From an uncultured Thermomicrobiales bacterium (lineage in GTDB: Bacteria > Chloroflexota > Chloroflexia > Thermomicrobiales > CFX8): a stretch of 64,000 nt of DNA. The notes under the pieces are model-generated. The model had not been told where the DNA came from. It made no database searches and saw nothing but the letters and a program-made list of their open reading frames with translations. The position numbers and the translations under genes are program-made. Positions 58,371-64,000 of the stretch are shown in pieces (position 1 is the stretch's first letter; each line of letters opens with the position of its first letter). The stretch lies in assembly GCA_964462545.1 (NCBI GenBank), contig CAYWXR010000013.1, forward strand, positions 12,364 to 76,363, written 5' to 3'.

Positions 58371-59477
58371 ATGCGAATCCTGATGGTATCGAAGGCGCTG
58401 GTGACCGGGGTCTACCAGAAGAAACTGGAAGAACTCGCGCGGCTTCCTGATGTTGAGTTGATGGTCGTCGTTCCGCCCTACTGGCTGGAAGGGCGCGTTG
58501 GCAAGGTCGAACTGAACCGGCTCTATACCGAAGGGTATGAAATGGTTGTCGAGCCGATGCGCTTCAACGGCCGGCACCATCTCCATTTCTATCCGGGCCT
58601 GAACAAGCACATCAGGACGTTCCGGCCGGATATCGTCCATATTGACGAAGAGCCGTATAACCTGGTGACAGCGCACACCACTCATCTGGCCCGGCGGGTT
58701 GGCGCGCAGCCAATCTTCTTCGCTTTCCAGAACATCTACCGGCGCTATCCTCCGCCGTTCAGCCTGATCGAGCGCTATTGCTATTCGCGCTCACCGGTCG
58801 GGATCGCCGGCAACCAGGATGCGGCCGATGTCCTGCGCAGGAAGGGCTTCCGCAAACCGATAGCGGTCATTCCGCAGTTTGGCGTGGACCCGGAAATCTA
58901 CCGTCCGGTGGCGCGTTCGGCAGAGGCGGATCACACGCCGACCATTGGCTATATTGGCCGGATCGTTCCGGAAAAGGGGCTCGAGACGTTGATCGAGGCA
59001 ATTGCAAAGGTGCCCGGCAAATCGCGAGCCGTGATCGTTGGTTCGGGAGATCACCGCGCTGCACTGGAGCAACTTGCCGGAAACCTGGGTATACAGGACC
59101 GGGTGCAATTCCGTACGGCTGTTCCTCCGGAGCAGGTGCCGGCACTCCTGGCAGAGTTTGACGCGCTGGTCTTGCCATCGCTCACGCGACCGAACTGGAA
59201 GGAACAGTTTGGCCGGGTTTTGATCGAGGCGATGGCCTGCGAAGTGCCGGTGATTGGTTCCGATTCAGGCGAGATTCCGAACGTGATCGGCAATGGTGGT
59301 CTGGTGTTCGCCGAGGGCAGCGCCGCCGAGTTGGCCAGCAGGATTTCCGAGGTGCTGGAATCGCCGGAGCGGAAACATCAACTGGGTGTTGCCGGGCGCC
59401 AACGGGTGCTGGACCACTTCACCCAGGAGCAGGTCGCCCGTCAGACCTGGGAGCTGTACCGCCAGGTACTTGGTTAG
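58371..59477 (+). CDS. Glycosyltransferase family 4 (GT-B)
   Basis: MRILMVSKAL start at ATG 58371. PSLTRPNWKEQFGRVLIEAMACEVPVIGS motif. Confidence 0.8.
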   Translation: MRILMVSKALVTGVYQKKLEELARLPDVELMVVVPPYWLEGRVGKVELNRLYTEGYEMVVEPMRFNGRHHLHFYPGLNKHIRTFRPDIVHIDEEPYNLVTAHTTHLARRVGAQPIFFAFQNIYRRYPPPFSLIERYCYSRSPVGIAGNQDAADVLRRKGFRKPIAVIPQFGVDPEIYRPVARSAEADHTPTIGYIGRIVPEKGLETLIEAIAKVPGKSRAVIVGSGDHRAALEQLAGNLGIQDRVQFRTAVPPEQVPALLAEFDALVLPSLTRPNWKEQFGRVLIEAMACEVPVIGSDSGEIPNVIGNGGLVFAEGSAAELASRISEVLESPERKHQLGVAGRQRVLDHFTQEQVARQTWELYRQVLG

Positions 59478-59499
59478 CAGGAGATGGAGACAGAACAAC

Positions 59500-60078
59500 A
59501 TGGCTGAGAAAGTGGTGCTGCCGGCGGAATCTGCCGTGCGACTATTGCAGCCGGGGCCGCTGGCACTCCTGACCAGCCAGCACCGTGCTGATGTCAATGT
59601 AATGACCCTTGCCTGGTTGATGCCGGTCAGTCTTGATCCACCGCTCCTTGGGGTAGCCATTCACCCGGAACGGTTGACACATGAGTTTGTCAGCAAGAGT
59701 GAATTCCTGGCGCTGAACATCCCGAATATGGATCTGCTGGCAGCAGTGCATCGTTGCGGGCTGGAATCCGGCCGGCAGGGGGACAAGTTCATCTCGTCCG
59801 GATTGACTCCGACCGACGCCTGGGAGTTGGATCTGCCGTTGATCGAGGAGTGCGTGGCGCACATTGAGTGCGGGGTGGTCGACCGCGCTTCCTGGGGCGA
59901 CCATGACCTCTTCATCTGCGAACCGGTCGTCGTTGCTGCTCTCGATGAAGCCTTCAAGGAACGCTGGCTCCCCGAGACCGACGCCGGCCAGATCATCCAC
60001 CACCTCCGCGCCGACTACTACGCCGGAGTCTCCCGTGGTTATCGTGCCCGTCTCTCCACCGATGAGGACCATGGGTAA
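59500..60078 (+). CDS. Flavin reductase-like (FMN-binding split-barrel) protein
   Basis: ATG 59500. PLALLTSQHRADVNVMTLAWLMPVS is typical of flavin reductase-like domain proteins. Confidence 0.7.
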   Translation: MAEKVVLPAESAVRLLQPGPLALLTSQHRADVNVMTLAWLMPVSLDPPLLGVAIHPERLTHEFVSKSEFLALNIPNMDLLAAVHRCGLESGRQGDKFISSGLTPTDAWELDLPLIEECVAHIECGVVDRASWGDHDLFICEPVVVAALDEAFKERWLPETDAGQIIHHLRADYYAGVSRGYRARLSTDEDHG

Positions 60079-60120
60079 GGATTTGCCTCCCGGGTTCGCC
60101 ACAAACCGATTGTTGGTCCG

Positions 60121-60680
60121 CGTCGAGATCTCTCCATTCCGCTCCGCTCCAGTCGAGATGACAGGTGAATGGGGTGCGCTCCAGTCGAGATGACAGGTAA
60201 AGGAGTCCGCTTCAGTCGAGATAGCGGAACGCGCTGTTCCGTCGAGTCAAGATGGTGAGTTGACTCTGTCATCTCGACCGGAACGAAGCGCAAGCGGAGT
60301 GTAGTGGAGAGATCTCACTGGCCGGGGGAAATGGATCCGAGCAAACCGTTACCTGGTATGCATCGAGATCTCTCCATTCCGCTCCGCTTCAGTCGAGATG
60401 ACAGGTAGATGTGTGCGCTTCAGTCGAGATAGCGGAACGCGCTGTTCCGTCGAGTCAAGACGGTGAGTTGATTCTGTCATCTCGACCGGAACGGAGCGAT
60501 AGCGGAGTGTAGTGGAGAGATCTCTCCTGACGGGGGAAATGGACCTGAGCAAACCGTTACCTGGTTTGCGTCGAGATCTCTCCATTCCGCTTCGCTCCAG
60601 TCGAGATGACAGGTAAAGCTGTCCGCTTCAGTCGTGATGATAGGTGAATGGGGTGCGCTTCAGTCGAGGTGACAAGGGAA
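60121..60680. repeat. Composite tandem/inverted extragenic repeat array (about 2.5 units)
   Basis: Unit 1 is 60121-60316, unit 2 is 60361-60524, and a partial unit 3 is 60569-60680. The units are separated by two 44-nt spacers that are near-identical (mid-80s % identity by hand count). Each full unit is bounded by the inverted arms GAGATCTCTCCATTCCGCTCCGCT..CAGTCGAGATGACAG and CTGTCATCTCGACCGGAACG..GCGGAGTGTAGTGGAGAGATCTC. Inside are 27-32-nt phased copies of CAGTCGAGATGACAGGT-like cores. Confidence 0.9.
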
Positions 60681-60698
60681 CGGGACTTGTTTCAACGG

Positions 60699-61499
60699 TC
60701 AGCCGAGGGTGACGAACAGGTTTCGGGTGTCGCCGGGGATGGAGACGCCGGTGGCGCGCCAGAGGGCGAGGAGGCCGGAGCGTTCGGGGTCGTTGAGCCG
60801 GTAGGTCTGGTCTGCGAGGGTGTCGGCCACGACTTCGCGGTCGATGTCATGGTCTCGGGAGATGTTACGCCGCAACTCGCGGGCTCGTTCCTCACCGGCG
60901 GCCCTGACTGCTTCCAGCCGTCCAACTGCCTCGACAACCGAGGCGGGATTACGGGTGAGCAGGGCACGCGGGGCAACACATACATGCGAGACATACGGCG
61001 TGTCGGTCATCAGGAACCAGGCACGTCCCAGGTCTTCCTGATAGGCGTCCGGATCATCGACCGGAATCAGCGCTTCGGCACCCTCGGTGATGAGCACTGT
61101 CGAGGCGTCGACCTTGCGACGTTCGGTTACCCAGCCAGTTGTGGTGATGCCATAAAAACGCGGCAGGGTGGCTTCAGCCACGGCACGGCCGGAGACTGAG
61201 ACATCAGGAGTGGAGACGACCACGTTGTCAACGTCGTCCGGCCGGGTGTGACTCACCATCGTCAGCATCGAAGCGCGGCGGGATGCCACAGCGTGATCGG
61301 TGACGATGGCGTGGGTTTCCAGCAACAGCGATGCAATCAGACTGTCAACCAGGGCAACGGCATTCCGCTCGCGAATCTCCGCCGGTGTGGCGATACGACG
61401 CAGGTCAAGACCATCTGTCTCGACCCATTCCCCGGCGATCGGAATGGCGTAGCGAGCGGCGGTAAGTCGATTGTCAACGAGTACTGGAACAGAGGTCAT
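60699..61499 (-). CDS. MqnA-like menaquinone (futalosine pathway) biosynthesis protein, divergent
   Basis: 266 aa. The segment order (ALVDS.., VASRRASMLTMVS, VLITEGAEAL, DLGRAWFLMTDTPYVSHVCVAPR) parallels the chorismate dehydratase/MqnA family pattern (DLG..W...TGLPFVFAVW). Assigned from memory of the family. Confidence 0.45.
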   Translation of the reverse strand: MTSVPVLVDNRLTAARYAIPIAGEWVETDGLDLRRIATPAEIRERNAVALVDSLIASLLLETHAIVTDHAVASRRASMLTMVSHTRPDDVDNVVVSTPDVSVSGRAVAEATLPRFYGITTTGWVTERRKVDASTVLITEGAEALIPVDDPDAYQEDLGRAWFLMTDTPYVSHVCVAPRALLTRNPASVVEAVGRLEAVRAAGEERARELRRNISRDHDIDREVVADTLADQTYRLNDPERSGLLALWRATGVSIPGDTRNLFVTLG

Positions 61500-62350
61500 T
61501 CGTCTGTCTCTTCGCCGTTCCGGTAGGCCGGGTAGGAGCCAAGAATCCGGAAGATGTCTGACTTGGCACGCATGCGTTCGAGCGCCCGCGCGATCTGGTC
61601 ATCCATCCGGTGCCCCTCGATGTCGATCAGGAAGAAATACTCGCCAAGGACACCCTTTGCCGGGCGGCTCTCCAGGCGAGTCATCTGGATCTTGTCCGAT
61701 GCGAGTTCGTCGAGCACTGCATAGAGTGAACCGGGGACGTTTGAATAGGCAGTGATACAGAGCGAGGTCTTGTCATCTCCCGTCGGCGGGTGGTCGGTTT
61801 CGGTGAGCGCGACAAACCGGGTAACGTTGGCGTGGTTGTCCTCGATGTTTCGGGCCAGGATCTCGCCACCATACAGTTCTGCGGCCCGAGCCGTGGCAAT
61901 GGCTGCGGTGGTTGGGTCGCCGGCCTTGATGACTTCCTCGACCGAACCAGCGGTACTGAGCGCAGCGGTCTCGTGGGCACCTGGCAGGACGCGGCTGGTG
62001 AAGCGCCGGCACTGACCGAGTGCCTGCGGGTGGCTGTGAACCCGGGTGATCTGCTTGATGTCTGCACCGGGTACACCGATCAGGCAATGATGCACCGGCA
62101 CAACCACCTCGCGGGAAATCTGGAGTTTGGTCTCATGGATCAGCAGGTCGAGCGTGGTGCTGACCGATCCTTCGAGTGAGTTTTCGATCGGAAGAACCGC
62201 CGCATCCGCGACTTCGGATTCGACGGCCGAGACGAGGGCCGGAAAGCTTGCAAACGGGATCAACTGGTCTCCAGGAGCCGCACACTTGCGTGCCGCTTCT
62301 TCACTGAATGTTCCTTCTGGTCCCAGGTAAGCGATGCGCATTCCGGTCAT
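61496..62350 (-). CDS. pheA: Prephenate dehydratase
   Basis: MRIAYLGPEGTFSEEAA, TRF motif region (NVTRFV), C-terminal ACT domain with ESRP. Start is 62350 or 62341. Confidence 0.9.
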   Translation of the reverse strand: MTGMRIAYLGPEGTFSEEAARKCAAPGDQLIPFASFPALVSAVESEVADAAVLPIENSLEGSVSTTLDLLIHETKLQISREVVVPVHHCLIGVPGADIKQITRVHSHPQALGQCRRFTSRVLPGAHETAALSTAGSVEEVIKAGDPTTAAIATARAAELYGGEILARNIEDNHANVTRFVALTETDHPPTGDDKTSLCITAYSNVPGSLYAVLDELASDKIQMTRLESRPAKGVLGEYFFLIDIEGHRMDDQIARALERMRAKSDIFRILGSYPAYRNGEETDE

Positions 62351-62418
62351 TCCCTTCCAAAACGTTGGTTATCCTGCCGGGAGTATAGGTTGTGGATTGG
62401 TGTATCGGCCAACCAGCG

Positions 62419-63252
62419 CTAGGGGCAATGACTGCCAAACTCGCGATAGCCACGCACCGGCAGCGCATGCAATTCCCGGCAGACCTCAATCAAACGCGCC
62501 TTGCTGTGCTCGAAGAGGATTCGGCCCTTGTCCTCGGAGGCGGTCATCGGATTGCCGTGAACGCCGTGTTCCCGTTCGCGGCGACGCTCCGGGAAGTTGG
62601 CGAACTTCTGGGTGGCCGGGCTGAGCCCGGGACGTTCGGGGTCGCCCACCATCCGCTCCCGGTCGATGACATCCGGCCGGAGATAGAACTGGAGTGAGGT
62701 TTCCCACTCACCACCATGACCGATGAACCCGAAGTCGGTCTCTGCCTCGTTTTCCAGGATGGATTGCGACATGTCCCAGTACGTGATCGCCAGCACCCAT
62801 ATGTCTTCCTCTGCCAGTTTGGTGCTAACGACCTGGTTGATGGCGCGGTTGCCACCGTGGCCGTTTAGCAGGATCATCCGTTTGAAGCCATTGGCGTGGA
62901 TTGAGCGGCAAACATCGGAAACGTAGGCAATGTAGGTTTCGACGCTCAGGGTGATGGTGCCGACTTCGCCCATGTTGTAGTGGGTCAGGCCAATCCAGAG
63001 CGGGGGAGCAACGATTACCGGGAAATCATCGATAGCGCGGGCTGTTTCGACGGCCAATGCCTGGGTGTGGCTGATGTCCACATCCATCGGACAGTGCGGG
63101 CCGTGCTGTTCGACCGAACCGGACGGGATAATTACCACCGGGTCATGCTCGAGGGCTTCCAGCAGTTCATGACGCCACATCTCGTGCCAGTGTGGAGTCT
63201 TGCCGTTTGCGCCCCGTTGCCCCCGGCCGAAGACGGATACGTCGCTGACCAT
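62419..63252 (-). CDS. Creatininase family amidohydrolase
   Basis: 277 aa. IIPSGSVEQHGPHCPMDVD and LNGHGGN motifs are typical of the creatininase/MftE-type family. Confidence 0.8.
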   Translation of the reverse strand: MVSDVSVFGRGQRGANGKTPHWHEMWRHELLEALEHDPVVIIPSGSVEQHGPHCPMDVDISHTQALAVETARAIDDFPVIVAPPLWIGLTHYNMGEVGTITLSVETYIAYVSDVCRSIHANGFKRMILLNGHGGNRAINQVVSTKLAEEDIWVLAITYWDMSQSILENEAETDFGFIGHGGEWETSLQFYLRPDVIDRERMVGDPERPGLSPATQKFANFPERRREREHGVHGNPMTASEDKGRILFEHSKARLIEVCRELHALPVRGYREFGSHCP

Positions 63253-63287
63253 AGTGGTGTCTCCCCTTTCCGAACGTTTGCTGCTGC

Positions 63288-64000
63288 CTAGATTGCGTAC
63301 CCCAGGATCTCCCGAAGCCGCCGACCGATGATTTCCGGTTCGCCGGGCTGGAGCACAATCGGGTTGATGCCAATAGCTCGTTGGTCAATATACCCCTGGT
63401 TCACGCTGATCGATGGTTCTCCGTCGATCAGACCGTTGATGACTTCCTCGACCGAGCGCTCAACAATGGTCTCGTCGAAGCCAATGACCAGTTTTGGCGC
63501 CGTGCCTGTGGGGTCGTCTGCCCCCTGGAGGACAACCTGCACGCCAGGCAGCGCATCAATGTGGTCGGCCAGTTCGTTGAGCAGGCCCAGCCAGCGCTGG
63601 CGTTCAGCGGCGTGGTCGCGGTTGACATAGGCCTCCAGCGCCACCATCAGGCCGACAATCTCTTCCTTGCCGACCTTCAATGGTCGACCGAGACCGTGGT
63701 GCGGTGGGCCGGGCAGCGTGCCGCTTTCCAGATAGCGGCTGCGCCATGTCCAGGTTGCCGGTAGCACGTCCATGTCCTGATGCTGGAGCGCGACTGATTC
63801 GATCAGGTCCCCCCGACCGGCGAGAATGCCGGAGGCCTGTGGGCCGCCAATCGCCTTGCCACCACTGAAACAAACGAGGTCTGCGCCCTCATCGATGAAC
63901 CGCCGGAGATTCCCGACCGGTGGAAGAGCTGCGGCTGCATCGACGATGACCGGCAGGTTGTGACGGTGGGCCACCTCGACGGTATCCGGCAGGTTGACTG
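63288..64000 (-). CDS. SelA-like PLP-dependent enzyme (L-seryl-tRNA selenium transferase-related), 5' end outside the window
   Basis: FSGGKAIGGPQASGILAGRGDLI matches the SelA-family PLP-lysine region. Only the C-terminal ~235 codons are in the window. Confidence 0.65.
   Translation of the reverse strand, partial: VNLPDTVEVAHRHNLPVIVDAAAALPPVGNLRRFIDEGADLVCFSGGKAIGGPQASGILAGRGDLIESVALQHQDMDVLPATWTWRSRYLESGTLPGPPHHGLGRPLKVGKEEIVGLMVALEAYVNRDHAAERQRWLGLLNELADHIDALPGVQVVLQGADDPTGTAPKLVIGFDETIVERSVEEVINGLIDGEPSISVNQGYIDQRAIGINPIVLQPGEPEIIGRRLREILGYAI

Noticed and set aside
60039-60585. Track ORFs 60039-60293(-) and 60349-60585(-), 84 and 78 aa, with near-identical peptides (VPVEMTESTH.LDSTEQRVPLSRLKRT.LPVISTEAERNGEIS).
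   Set aside because: They are translations of the repeat units themselves. The similarity reflects DNA repetition, there is no ribosome-binding site, and they run across the palindrome arms.
60121-60680. Possible CRISPR array, because of the ~30-nt phased direct repeats.
   Set aside because: The segments between repeat cores are only ~10-15 nt and are related to each other rather than unique. Copies occur in both orientations and form long palindromes. The whole block is itself tandemly duplicated. No cas genes are nearby.

Overview
High-GC bacterial chromosomal segment (about 60% GC or more by eye). It is almost entirely core housekeeping and cell-envelope genes, mostly on the + strand and tightly packed, with many 4-nt start/stop overlaps. 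I saw no rRNA, tRNA, CRISPR array, transposase, integrase or recognisable defence system.

Gene order:
- DJ-1/PfpI protein, recX, MBL-fold hydrolase, pyrG
- Complete F1Fo ATP synthase operon (atpZ/I-like, a, c, b, delta, alpha, gamma, beta, epsilon)
- murA, an mreB paralogue, rodA, rsmI(-), dnaX, a beta-propeller-like lipoprotein(-), gatC-gatA, an FtsB/DivIC-like protein, an M20 peptidase(-), a 4xLysM-M23 peptidase
- An mreB-mreC-murT-gatD-metallophosphoesterase-mreD-mrdA operon
- A propionyl/methylmalonyl-CoA module (epimerase, mutase large subunit, carboxyltransferase, epsilon, biotin carboxylase/BCCP)
- A 0.6 kb repeat- and operator-rich spacer
- The dcw cluster mraZ-rsmH-ftsL-ftsI-murF-mraY-murD-ftsW-murC-murB-ddl-ftsQ-ftsA-ftsZ
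- nrdR, a hypothetical protein, trxA(-), two GT4 glycosyltransferases, a flavin reductase-like protein
- A 0.56 kb composite repeat array
- An MqnA-like protein(-), pheA(-), a creatininase-family protein(-), and a SelA-like PLP enzyme(-) cut by the window edge

The protein sequences remind me of Chloroflexota/Thermomicrobia-type genomes. That is an impression, not a verified assignment.

The most interesting signals are non-coding or syntenic:
1. A GTGTACGTACAC-type palindrome occurs four times (three exact, one 11/12 match). All copies are intergenic and at predicted promoters of cell-wall or division units: the M20/LysM-M23 divergent region, mraZ/dcw, and ftsA-ftsZ.
2. Directly downstream of the predicted mraZ -10 are five phased GTGG(G/A) repeats, which look like a MraZ operator. 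The two outer copies are exact DnaA-box 9-mers.
3. murT-gatD (lipid II amidation) plus a metallophosphoesterase sit between mreC and mreD.
4. The dcw cluster lacks murE and murG in their canonical slots.
5. A family of extragenic hairpin/tandem repeats is present; it is not CRISPR.

I found nothing I can defend as a new multi-gene system.
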